Below are positions 13,762-25,687 of a stretch of 64,000 nucleotides of DNA, one piece after another. The DNA lies in NCBI GenBank assembly GCA_010093605.1, contig MU004193.1, positions 186,001 to 250,000 on the forward strand, given 5' to 3'. The stretch comes from Lophium mytilinum (Eukaryota). Positions within the stretch are counted from its first letter, which is position 1. Each line of letters starts with the position of its first letter. Position numbers and translations under genes: made by a program. The notes under the pieces are model-generated. The model was given only the letters and a program-made list of their open reading frames with translations. It searched no databases and was not told the DNA's origin.

Positions 13762-14659
13762 AGGGTGGATGGGTGGTTATGATGAGACTATATCCAAAGA
13801 AATGAGGCTGGACGGAGTTGGCTTGGTTTGGTACCTTTCAGTTGCATGGTAGGGAGTTTAAGGGTGATACACCGATCTCCTTTATCCTCTCGTTCTCGTT
13901 CGCATAGAACAAGGCTGTACAATACGATACCATGGCTGTCAAAATAAATCATTTCAATCAAGTCTTACGCTTTGATGTTCCTTGTGAGATGTGTGTGATC
14001 TCCAATCTATCGTCTTCTTCTTTCCCCTTCGTCTCCACTCTTCTCGCCTATCTTGCCGTCTCTAAATCATATGCCGCGCACGTGTCTCACACCGCTTGTC
14101 TAGCTGACTAACCCCCCTTTCGATCTCTTCTGGCGGGTATAAAGCTCGCCCGCACTCCCATTTTTCAGTTCTTCGGCAGGGAGGAGGGGAAGAAGGTTGG
14201 ATCAAAAAGCACGACCGCGGAGTTGAATGGCTGGTTGGGGGTTGGTGATCGAAATGACTCCTCGCGATGGGCGATGGAGGGAGTGGGGAGTGGGAGGTTC
14301 AAAAGCGGTCGACCAATCCATCCATGAATGGAGTGGGGGTGTGGTGGAGGATCAAAAAGAGAGCTGAAAAATCAGAATGGAGTGGTGGAGGTGTGGTGGA
14401 GGTGTGTCGGACGATCAGAAACACTCAGTTGTGAGATGCATGCGGTGGTGAAGTGGGAGGTGTTCAATCACGAGGACCACCAGCGAGAAGTGATGTGGTG
14501 GTGGTGGTGGTGGTGTTGGATCAACAATCTACTAATCGTAATCCAATCATGGAGTGGCGGAGTACTGGAGCTGTCGTGGGTGTACAACTGTACCCACCCA
14601 GCTGCGTCATGTGGTGGGGACCGAGTGGTTGTGGGTTGAAAACGTGCTCACAGAGATCT

Positions 14660-14793
14660 GATGGAGAGGGGGAGGTGGAGTCGGTGTGGTTGAAACCAAG
14701 ATTCGAAGCCTTTGATAGAGAGGTGGAGGTGGAGTCGGTGTGATCGACACCAAGTTTCGAACCATTTGATGGAGAGGTGGAGGTGGAGTGGGT
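14660..14793. repeat. Degenerate tandem repeat, 54-bp unit, ~2.5 copies
   Basis: GATRGAGAGGKGGAGGTGGAGTSGGT restarts at 14660, 14714 and 14768. Confidence 0.8.
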
Positions 14794-17336
14794 TCTCGAG
14801 GCCAAAGGAAAGCGCGCATGGACGGGAGGCGATGTGCAAATTTGCTCACGCCACTGCCCCGTGGTGTTTGTGTGGTGGTATACAAAATTGGGATGATGAA
14901 ACTTCATGGAGGGGAGTGGGAGTAGCCTCCGTTCCGAAAGACGAGGAGCACCATGGAGGGAAGTGGGGTTTCAAATTCAAGAATCACGAAAAGCTGGTGG
15001 CAGTGGTCGGGCGGGCGTGTATACAGCCAGAGACAAAGACGAATTATGGAGGGACCGGGCCTAAAAACCGTCCTTGTCACCCTGCCATGGACTGGTGGAT
15101 TGGAGTAACCGGGGGAGTAAATGCTGGCACGGTAATGCTTACGATCAGCTTCCCAGATCGCTTCTCGTTGCTAGCTAGGAAGGGTAAGCTCGACCGCAGC
15201 TTCGAGATGACAGTTTTTGACGGACGAGAGAAATGGACAGAAAGCGCAAAAGAAGCTGTTGGAGATCACCGACCTCTGCGGTTGGCCCCCTCCACATTTC
15301 GGGAGGTTACCCTTGAGTTTTGCTCCACCACTCAACTCATGAACTGGTCGAACCTGCGAAGCTGACAGCTTCCTCCTCCGCTTTCGCTCCATTGGAAGTC
15401 ATAATATCCAGTTGATAATGCCAGAACCACGAACGTCCAACTCCCTGCTTCTCCAATCAACTTCGTAAAGCAGGGAGGTTTTATACCTTAACTCCCGCAG
15501 AAAAACGTGATAGTCAGCTGACTCGGACGTCTTCCACTCTCGCCCCATTCGCAAAGCTCGACTAGCTCCGACGCTGGCAGGAATCTGTCCCAAGTCTTGT
15601 GATTGCCCCTTAGTCACACCTCCCCCTCCCCAAGGTATAAGAGCCATTCTCCAACGCCAGGAAAGTCTTTCTTCGTGGAAAGTCGGCGCCTCGACAAGGA
15701 CTAAACTGCAGTACGAGGCACTGTCCAGGGGAGTCGGGGGGTCGGTGGGGGTTCATAACTCTTCGCTCCCTCTTCATATGGACGAATTGGGTTGTGTTGT
15801 GGTTGGAGATCAACTAACGAAGCTTCACGAAACCATCATGAGCGGAGGCTTGGAACTGAGAAACGGACGATCATCATGGGCGGAGGCTTGGAACCGGGAA
15901 ACGGACGACCATCACCTGGATGTTCTGGACGGGAAGGGTCTTGGGTGGGAGGGAGCTCAACGCTGATCGATCGAATGGATGATGTGGAGGAGAATAGGAC
16001 CTCCAGTGAGCTTGGGGATGGAGACCATCACTGAGGAAGCTGGGAGATTTTCGTGGAAACATAATAACGGCACTCTTCTCTTCATCGTAAGATATAATAC
16101 GCGTCGGCACGAAGAGGTATAAGCGAACATCATCAGCAGTCTGCCATTGGAATCCTCTCCCCAGCCCGCGCACAGCCTCCATGGAAGAGGATGCCATTTG
16201 GTTTCCAATCCCCAGCTTCCAGACATATTTGAAGTCGTCGACCGATTTCAAACAAGCGTTCCCAACCATGATTCTTCTTCTTGCGCTGCTTTGTTGATTC
16301 CACGTACCGATCCTTGCATGATCGAAGAAAGAGAAGGCCCTAAGCTTTTATATCTGAATCTGCGAGAAGGAAGTGTGACTGCAGAGCTCTCACGTGCCGT
16401 TCCGAATGACCGCGAGTTCTGCTCTGCCTCAATCTGCCAGAGCGTGCTCGTCACGTGTCGAGCGTTCTTTCTCTTAGGGGTATATGATCCTCTCCGTTCT
16501 AGACACAACTTCTTTTCCACCAGGGAAAGGGAGTGGGGTGGGGGGAGTCGGCGTTTCGATAAGGAGCAACCTGGCTGCTGGATGGTATGATGAGTTGTGC
16601 GCCTGCTTGGTTCAACACTTGCTGGACAGAAACCTGATGTGGAAGAGTTGGACTAGACCTCGGGGGCGGATCTTGAAAAAATCAGCCTGAGCGATATGAT
16701 GGTGGTGTGGTCGGCGCTGGTTCGATTCCTTATCAACCACCTTCCACGGGGAAGAAGTTTGAAAGTGGGCGTAGTCTGGTAAAACAGACATTCCGCCACA
16801 GCGATGTGGTGCGTCGGCGGGCGCAGAGTAAAAGCAGTGGCGATTGCCTTTATGGAGAGGAGAAGCGGTCTGCGGCCAATGTTATGGGTAATGCTGACGA
16901 TCATCTTTGAGAGGTGCTGCAGTCATCAATGAAACATGAGAAATGAAGAGAGGTAGCATTACCGAGAAATGATGGCTAGGATCGTTGCTAGAGATCATGG
17001 CAGGCGGGACTCCACGAGCACCGTCTCTATGAAGGTCTTCCCGAGCACTCTGTCTAAGAAACCGCATCCCCATGCAGACACAACGCGCCATCATAGAACG
17101 TGTACAACAGTTTGATCCATACCCCTACTCACACTATCCGAGAGAGAAAGTTTCAGCTCGCGAGATTTAAGTAGCCAGCTCTAGATGAAGGAACGTAACT
17201 TGTCGCCGGGCCGAAGCCCTCTAATGAGCCGTAGAAAGCAAAATGGTCACACGTTATTACAACTCTGCGTTACGTCATTCTTATTCGAACTCGTATATAT
17301 AGACAGCTAATTTTTAGAGGTGGATGAAACTTCAAC

Positions 17337-18803
17337 TCAAGTGCCAGGCGGGACATTCACTAACTCGACATCCGAATCTGATCGCTCAGTGCGGTACACT
17401 TTCACATCAGTGGACTTCGAGATCACACCAAATGGTAGGCTGCCAGACTTCTGATTCCGCTCAGAGTTCTGACGCAGGTACGAGCCCTTCCCTGGACCAT
17501 CGCTGGCGTATTGACCCTTGCTCGCGTAGCCGCTTGCGTCGCGGAAGCGCCTGAATGCCTTGTGCAGGAACGCACGCATGGCCGGCATGCAGGCGACGAT
17601 TGTGAACAGATTGGATTCGATAGTACACCAATAAAGACCGGAGGTGTTGTCGTCTACGAGACATAATGTTAGCAAGCTATAAGGCATCAGCCAGCAAGGT
17701 GAACACGTACAAGTCGGGTTACTAGTTTGAGCAAACTGGACGAAGGACCAGAGTCGGAGGCAGCTAACAACTGTGATGACGAAACCGACACAGAACATGG
17801 ACATGATCTGTAGCCTCTTCTTTCTTGACATGTGTAGCTTGGCTAGCATGGGTAAAGGTAGACTCAGAATAGCCAAGTCGAGAAAGATCTCAATGCCGCC
17901 TCGAACGAAGCCGAACAGACGCACGTTGACGGGGCACGAACCAGCCATCTCACCTCTCCAGCCATTCCAGAAGAAAGGGATGGGGTTGCACTGGAAGATC
18001 ATGGAAAATGTGTTCCCTATTCCGAAGCCGGTGACAAGTCCTACGAGAATCCAGGCAGCCAGACGTGACTTGGGGTCGATCATGATGCGGAGGCAGAATG
18101 CGAGGATAGAGAGCTGACACAAGCACTCAGCAAGCATGTACATGAAGTAGGCAACATACAACCACTTCAAGCTAGAGGTGATATGGTCGGGTGCAATGCC
18201 CCACATGTCCCTCCCAAAACCCAGCCGAGCAGCTACGATGACTGGCACATTCATTCCGATGGACACGATCTGTAGTGCAACAAAGGTCAGCATGCTTTCT
18301 AACTCAGGCCAAGGAGGAAATCGCTGCGTACTCCAGATAAGCCAATCAGTAAGTCATCCCATCCGAGCTTCGCGTGCGCGGAGATGGCTCGATCACCCAG
18401 CCGCAAAATGAGCATCAAATAGGCCAGGCTTCCGAAGGACGCGGTGACACCTATCAATGTTTTTGACTTATCGCGTATGGGAATACCACACACGGCGTAA
18501 GTCGCGTTGGTTGACTGCAGCACTTCGACAACGGAACAGTTCCCTGCATTGCATGCCCCGGCAGCGGTCAGGAAGGTTTTATCGGCACAGAGGCAGCTGA
18601 AGTCGGTGGCTGAACAGGTCGTCGTAGGCAAGGTAGCCTCAAGACATTTCGCCTGGGACTCTTGGTCAGTCTACGTTCCGTAAGAATGGCGAAGGCCGAG
18701 GTGGGCATACAGCGCAGCTCGGTAGTCGGTTCAAAAAGTCTTGCTGGGTGAAGGCTCCCGTCAAGAAAACGGTGAACGATAGGAAAACGGCGAGTGGTTT
18801 CAT
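17337..18803 (-). CDS. CFEM-domain PTH11-like GPCR/integral membrane protein, multi-exon
   Basis: Signal peptide MKPLAVFLSFTVFLTGAFT; 8-Cys CFEM (LPSCA|AKC..TTCSATDFSCLC..AC..NC..VC); LGWDD, GFGRDMW, FQCNPI..FW, DLAILSLPLPML.KLHM, WCTIESN..IVACMPA. Confidence 0.88.
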
Positions 18804-20532
18804 TGTGTCTGAGGTTGACAATGTCAATAGAGTGACGACGTAACTTTATCCACAAAAACATCTGGTGGAGGCATCAGCTTTGATACTCTTGGATCTTCGG
18901 GCACGAGTCAAGGACTGGACAAGAGAACAACCTTTCTGAAAAGATCTGCTCCCGACTGCTCCGCCTTTTGACGCAGCTGGGCAAAGGGTAGTCAGGAACC
19001 GAAACAACGGGTCGGCCGTCATGTCCTTAAAGGTAAAGCTTGGAGCTTCTTGCAGAGAGGAAGCGCCTGAAAGAGGACAACACCGTGGAACTCTCCGCTT
19101 GAGTCAGGAAGGATGTGCAATAATGGGGCGGCGCGCGGGGGATGCGGCTCGGGGAGGTGTTATAACGGCGCCGTTGCTTCACTCCATATGCCGAAGCTGG
19201 GGACCGTGTTGCACGGCTTGTTTAGGATGACGGCTTTCCTGTGGACCCCAAACTCTAACCTTTATCAGTACCTAGCCACCCGACACACTGGTTCGATGTC
19301 AGCCTCTCTTCACGTCCGGTGGTCACTCTCTAATATCAAGCCGCAGACTTACCGTATAGACGTGCAATTCCGGGTCTTCTAGGGGGGAATAGCAGCCTTC
19401 CGGCTAATCAATCAGTCACTTAAGTATTCTAATAGCCTAGAAAGACGTATACCAGGATAGACTTAAAGTTAGTGCTAGGCCACCGGAATGCCGGAGAAGA
19501 GACTTTAGCTCATACCCCATGTAGGCTCAATCGGGAATATACTGCAGACAGCCTGAAAATCCATTTAAATAGGGTCGGCGAGGGATGTGCTCTTAGAACC
19601 ATAAACAAAGATGGCAACAAGAATAGTGTGCATCTCAAGAAGTCGTAATTGAACATCAAATCTATTTATTGACACCTGCTTGTAGAAACGTTGTTTCCAT
19701 TCATCGTAGACCTTTGGCAGAACGGATCGGTGGCTCCCCGGTTGTACTTTGCAGCATGTCGAGTCAGATTTGACACTTGGCCTGATCGTCAACCACGACA
19801 ACCCAGCAATCGAAGATCATTGATATCGGGCCCTCTCCGGCGGTCAGCAAAGTTTTCGCTTCGCAGATCTCTCAACGAGGCCCCACTGATACAGATCCTA
19901 GTCGGGCCGAGGCGCATCGATGGACACGCCCCGGAACCAATTGATGCAGGTCCCCCGACACCGGCCTGACGATCGCTTCTATATAGAAACTGCCGTGTGC
20001 CCAGGGTTGTTTGATGTTCTGGTGTCGTGCTTCACCCCTGGCATCCCGCTTGACGACAGGGCAACGTTCTGGCCCACAGGCTCGACTTAGGGCAGCCCCC
20101 GAAGCTAGTATTAGGTTCGAGCGGGAGATGGAGACGGCACGAGTATCGGGCCGCGGCGAGAAGGCACTACCTATACACCTCACACCCTGTGGACGGCCCC
20201 GGGCCGTAGCACTACGCTCTTTTCGAAACGCCCTGCCGCTGCCATACGAAGCTCCGCGAATGGCCCAGGTTACCTGGTCCAGCATCCTAGAAACTAGCAG
20301 CCCTCTGTGCTGGGGCTGGCCTAAGCGATCTGTTCGTCTTTGTGATGCGAGCCTGGCACTCCTGGCTACGCTATCTGAGGAGACAGCCTCGGTCTTAGGG
20401 GTCTGTGGGGTCCTGAGCCTCTGCTGACTACTGATAAGAATGATTGGAACAGCTATCAAGCGCTACCCGGCGCTCTATGTCTAGCTTTTCTCTTTTCATA
20501 TCCTCAACTCAAATTCCTTAGTTCGCGGCAGA

Positions 20533-22274
20533 ATGGCTATCCCTTTGTCCACTAGTCTCCTCATCCTTCTTGGTGTCGTCACTACGTACGTGATCAACCG
20601 CCTGGTGCAATCGAAAAATCATGACCGACCTCTTCCTCCGGGTCCCAAAGGCCTCCCGATTCTTGGCAACGTCAAAGACTTGCCCCAACCTGGAATACTT
20701 GAGTGCCACCATTGGCTGAAGCATAAGGATGTCTATGGCCCAATTAGCTCTGTTACAGTACTGGGCCAAACCTTCATCATCATCAATGATGCGCAAATTG
20801 CGCTTGAGCTGCTGAGAGACCGATCTGCTATTCACTCTGGTCGCCCACATATGGTTTTTAGTAGTGAAATGTATGCTCAAATCGTAAACGAACTAAATCA
20901 TACAAAGAAGCTAACGAAACGCCTAGGATTGGATGGAATAACACACTTGCTTTCAGCGGCTATACCGACACCTTCAAGCTTCACCGAAAGAACATCGCCA
21001 AAGTTGCCAGCAGCAATGTCTCCCTCTCAGTATTCGATCGCGTGCAAGAGGAAGAATCCGTTCACTTCCTGCTCAACGTATTGGACTCTCCGGAGAATCT
21101 ATTTGACCACATCAAGAAAGAAGCCGGCGCAGTTATACTTAAAATCACATATGGCTACACAGCCGAGGCACATGGCAAAGACCCTTTTGTTGACATGGCC
21201 GGCAAGACTATGCACGAATTCGGTGATGCAACAGTCCCTGGCAGGTGGATTGTAGATGTCTTCCCGTTCTGTGAGTATCCACGCGGAATTCCACGCATCA
21301 CAACTAACAAAAGAAGTGAGATATGCCCCAGATTGGTTGCCTGGCACTGGATTCAAAGATACAGCTCGTCAAATGGCTGCTAACTTGAGACAAACGACGG
21401 AGCAACCCTACGAATTCGTGAAGCAGCAAATGCGCGAGAAGAAGCACAAAACGTCCTTCCTCTCCCAGGCCATCGAGAACATCGGCTCCGACGCGGAGAT
21501 GGAGCGTATCCACAAGTGGTCGGCGTCATCCATGTATCTGGGCGGCGCAGACACGACCGTTTCCTCCCTGATGACTTTCTTCCTGGCCATGACTGTGTTT
21601 CCGGACGTACAGAAGAAGGCGCAAGAGGAGCTCGACCGCGTCATCGGAGGGAGCCGATTACCTGGCAGCGCTGACCGCGAGAAGCTGCCATATATCGAGG
21701 CAATCGTGAAAGAGACCCACCGTTGGCACCCGGTAGCCCCAATGGCCCTGCCCCATTCCAGCTCCAAGGAAGATGTATTCCGAGGGTACAGAATCCCGAA
21801 GGGCGCGCTCTTACTCCCAAACAACTGGTAAGACCTACCCCACATTCAAAGCCCCACGTCCACTGACGAGATCACAGGTGGTTCACGCACGACCCTGCCG
21901 TCTATCCCTCGCCCATGACTTTCCTCCCAGAACGGCATCTCGACACACCCACCCACAAAGCGGAGCCCGACCCACGCACCTGGACATTCGGATACGGCCG
22001 CCGCGTGTGCCCCGGCCGCTACGTTGCCGACAACGCGCTGTTCATCACTATTGCGCAGTCGCTGGCGGTGTTTAAGATTGAGAAATTGGTCGAGAACGGC
22101 AAGATTGTAGAGCCAGAACTCAAGTTCGAGCCTGGTGTAGTGTCGCATCCGGTTCCGTATCGCACGTCGATCGAGCCGAGGTCGGAGAAGCATGTGCAGC
22201 TGATTAAGGCGGCGGAGAAGGAGTATCCGTGGGAGGAGAGCGATGCGAAGGCGTTGGAAACTGTTAAATGGTAG
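20533..22274 (+). CDS. Cytochrome P450 (OrdA/CYP620-like group), 4 exons
   Basis: N-terminal TM + LPPGPKGLPILGN; GGADTT I-helix; KETHRW (ExxR); FLPERH; heme motif FGYGRRVCPG. Confidence 0.92.
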
Positions 22275-22572
22275 ACGTGCAAGACGTGTCTAGATCTGAT
22301 TCTACTTTTGCGAAATTTAAAATCATCGAAATGGTGAGAGATGTTGGAAGAGTCGTTGCTTTTCACATCAGTGAATAGTGATTCGATGAGAGCCACGTGA
22401 GGGATTACTTACGATGGTGAAAGCAAAGCACATCGATGAATGCAACTCACCTTGAACCTGACTATATAAAAGCCTGTATGCTTCCACCATTGCCTCCATC
22501 ACACCACCGAAAAGGCTGCCACCACCACCACAACCCTCACTGGCTATCTTCAACCAAAACCTACCGCCAACC

Positions 22573-23805
22573 ATGTCATTCTCCGACCTTCCAATTGAAC
22601 TACTTTTCGAGACGGCGTCATACCTTGACGACAGATCTATGAGTAGACTCTCCAGGGTTTGTGGAGAGCTTCATATGCATCTAAGAGGCGAACTGCATAA
22701 TCGAGCCATCGCAGATCGACTGGTGGGATGGTACGGACATGGGCCCCGGCAGGCTCAGCAGGCGATCGAGTGGGCCGTAGACAACTCGAAGAAGGCGCTT
22801 GTGCGCTACCTTTTGTCCTGCGACGTTACAGGTATTGATCCTCGCACTGGTAACTGGGATGTCTTTGATCGTGCGACTCTCGAAACCTTCGGGGACATTG
22901 ACATCACAACTTTGTTCGTCAACAAGGCCGCCGAGCTTGGACTCCTCGCTGGCAGGAGGGCGACCGACGTCCTGGACAGGATCGTTAAGAGGATGAGTGC
23001 CGGGTGGCGCCACCTCCACATCGACCACAGCATAAACTCTGTCGTTCGCGTACTTCTAGAAGCGGGCGTAGATCCCAACCAATGCTCGAATGAGTATGAG
23101 CGCCCCGGCAAACCCGGCTGTCCGCCGTTTGATTTAGCTGTGCACGGAAGGTATTTCGAAACGGCAATGACTTTGCTCCAGTTTGACCCCTCTCTCGCTG
23201 TCAAACCCTATCGTAGTGGGCGCGGAAAGTTAACCCGACCCTTGGACGAAGTCGTAAAGATGAGTTCTTATTACAACCCCAAAGGCCAGCTAAAGTTCAT
23301 TCGAAAAGTCATCGAGCTTGGTGCTGAAGTATTGGGCAGTCATCTCGATTGCGCGCTGATGCCTCTCTGGGACGGCAAAGGCGAAATGCTCACTCTGCTG
23401 CTCGAGCATGGTGCTGATCCGGAGAAGCCAGATGTCAATGGCCGTAACTTCTTGCAACGAAGTACTCTCAACAAGGATTTCCGCCACGAACTGCGCATCC
23501 TCACCCAGGTGGCAACGAAGAAAAAGTGGCCTAGGTTAATTCCTGGGGAGGTCATCTTAAGGAATGCGGAGAGATGTCTGCATAGGATGCAAATGATCCC
23601 AAAGACCCGTGGAAATGTCTCCGAAGGCTTCCGACATGCAAAAGAGGTTTTGGCATACGTATGGGAACCGCTCGAGGAGGTCGTAAGGACATTTGAACCC
23701 GATGAATTCCCCTTCGCCGCGGAGATCCATCATTTGTGGGACCAGCACCACATTGAGGTCGAAGGCTGCCTTGGCGAATCGGTTACGTTGATGAGCGGGT
23801 TGTGA
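22573..23805 (+). CDS. F-box + ankyrin repeat protein
   Basis: N-terminal FSDLPIELLFETASYLD...LSRVC F-box; ankyrin-like VRVLLEAGVDPN, LLLEHGADPE..DVNGRN; intronless 410 aa. Confidence 0.75.
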   Translation: MSFSDLPIELLFETASYLDDRSMSRLSRVCGELHMHLRGELHNRAIADRLVGWYGHGPRQAQQAIEWAVDNSKKALVRYLLSCDVTGIDPRTGNWDVFDRATLETFGDIDITTLFVNKAAELGLLAGRRATDVLDRIVKRMSAGWRHLHIDHSINSVVRVLLEAGVDPNQCSNEYERPGKPGCPPFDLAVHGRYFETAMTLLQFDPSLAVKPYRSGRGKLTRPLDEVVKMSSYYNPKGQLKFIRKVIELGAEVLGSHLDCALMPLWDGKGEMLTLLLEHGADPEKPDVNGRNFLQRSTLNKDFRHELRILTQVATKKKWPRLIPGEVILRNAERCLHRMQMIPKTRGNVSEGFRHAKEVLAYVWEPLEEVVRTFEPDEFPFAAEIHHLWDQHHIEVEGCLGESVTLMSGL

Positions 23806-24248
23806 AAAGAATATCTTCAACTTCTTTCAGCCAACACTACAAAGGTATCGGGAGTCCTGATATTTTCAATGAGTAGTCGTGAGATTTTGATGTCTCGTGG
23901 ACGAGTGGCGGCGATTCTAGCGATCACAGCGCCAAGGCTAAGCTCTTTTCTTCGGGCGCCTTTCATCCAAATCAGCAGGAAACGACTGGATGAAGCGACT
24001 TGCATTTTGTCTGGGGATGAATACGAAATAGGAGGTAGTACGGATGCCTCGCGACTCACGGCATGTCGTCTCCGATGGTTCTTGGCGCGCTTGGACCGGG
24101 CGGTTTTGCGAACTTCTCGTTTCTCTCTCCTCCATAGCATATACCCCGTCCATCCGCAATGGCCGCTCCTTAGTCTAAGAACAGACACTATCCTAACTAT
24201 GTACCACGCTCGTTAACAATACTGCACTCATTGAACAGCACACTCATT

Positions 24249-25001
24249 ATGTCCATCACCGCCGCCGCCACCGCCCTCCCTCCACTACCTACAGCCCCCT
24301 TCCACAACCTCTGCATCGGCGACGACACCTATCCCACCACCTGCACGATCCGCCAGAACCTTATCGCCAATGGCAGCTGCGCCTCCTACAACCAGCTCCA
24401 ATACTGCTGCAACGGCGGCCTCATCGACAGTAGTCAGGCGCTGTGGCCGCTCTTCGTCGCCAAAGCGAAGAACATATCCATAGAGCTTCCCAATCTGCGC
24501 TGTTGTTTGGGCGATCCCTTCCGCGCGTTGGGTGACACTACGACGTGTGGGGAGGGGCAGCAGGAGATTCCGCTGACCGAGGCGGTCAATGGAGGCAGTG
24601 ATGGGTGGAGAGAGAGCGCTGTGACGAGCTGGACGGATAGCTACGGTCTCGAGGTGGAGCCCGTGTGTATTTGGATGGCGGAAAGCGTAGAAGGGGGTAG
24701 CGCGTCGTTGCCGCTGAGCGGGAAAGGATGCACAAAGGCGATCGTGTCGACGACTTTGAGCGAGGACATTTTCACGACGAGCGAGTCGAGTGGCACATCT
24801 TCCACTGTATCAAGCAGACGTATCATTTCAGCGAGTGCATCCCATTCATCGACTGTAAGCATCACGGGGTCGAGTTCAGTCGGGGCCACCCAGTCCCAGT
24901 TGCAATCTCCTTCTCCGTCTTCCACCTCAGCTGGGGCTAGGAGTATCGTTCCTACCCGCTTCATAGCATGTTTTCTCATGTGCCTTCTCGTAATGTTTTA
25001 A
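24249..25001 (+). CDS. Cys-rich, Ser/Thr-rich putative GPI-anchored cell-surface protein
   Basis: About 10 Cys including two CC pairs, long S/T tract, C-terminal SAG..RS + hydrophobic tail; start codon uncertain. Confidence 0.6.
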   Translation: MSITAAATALPPLPTAPFHNLCIGDDTYPTTCTIRQNLIANGSCASYNQLQYCCNGGLIDSSQALWPLFVAKAKNISIELPNLRCCLGDPFRALGDTTTCGEGQQEIPLTEAVNGGSDGWRESAVTSWTDSYGLEVEPVCIWMAESVEGGSASLPLSGKGCTKAIVSTTLSEDIFTTSESSGTSSTVSSRRIISASASHSSTVSITGSSSVGATQSQLQSPSPSSTSAGARSIVPTRFIACFLMCLLVMF

Positions 25002-25687
25002 ACTAATATCAAGACATTCTCCTATGTACGGGCTCTCAAACAATATCTGCGTTTGCCAGTCTCTGAAGTGCCCTTATCCGCTGCCCCAAAGCTCGTCTGC
25101 AGTCGTCTATATCATGCATTCTATCTGATTCTCTGGGGCTAAATATAGGTACTTTGTTCCAAGGCGTTAGAGCCTCCAGACAAGCACTCGGAACGAGGGA
25201 TATCATTTCTGTACAAATTAGGAGCATGCTCAAAGGAGTGCGCATGGAATCGGCCGGAACGCGGTTAGCACAAGCTCAATTGAAAGACGGGTAATCTTTA
25301 CATCCGTGGTCGCTGGACTCAATCACATGCAGGGACGCCTCAAGACTGTGCGCAGGTGTGCAGAATGAATTACAATGCCCACCAATTTTACAGGCCTAAG
25401 AAATGACAACTCAATCATCGGAGACGAAAAGAATTGGTCCAATCTGTAGGCTTGAAACCTTCGCAATGTTGATACTTGGACTTTGCTTAGCGTGGGAGTG
25501 TCTGCAGACCAGATCGGCGTGCGCAACATGACTAGTACACCGAATGTGATTTGAATTGTTATTATTTACATATGCTAGACTCATGCAGATCTAGAGGTAT
25601 GCCGAGTCGCTCATCATGATCTAAGCAATGAATCGAGCCGCTTTCTCCTCTAATCTCCTTGTCAGAACATTCAACAATGGATCACGC

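Noticed and set aside
14660..14793. Repeat array as a possible CRISPR
   Set aside because: Eukaryotic context, only ~2.5 units, whole units similar with no unique spacers, and no cas genes.
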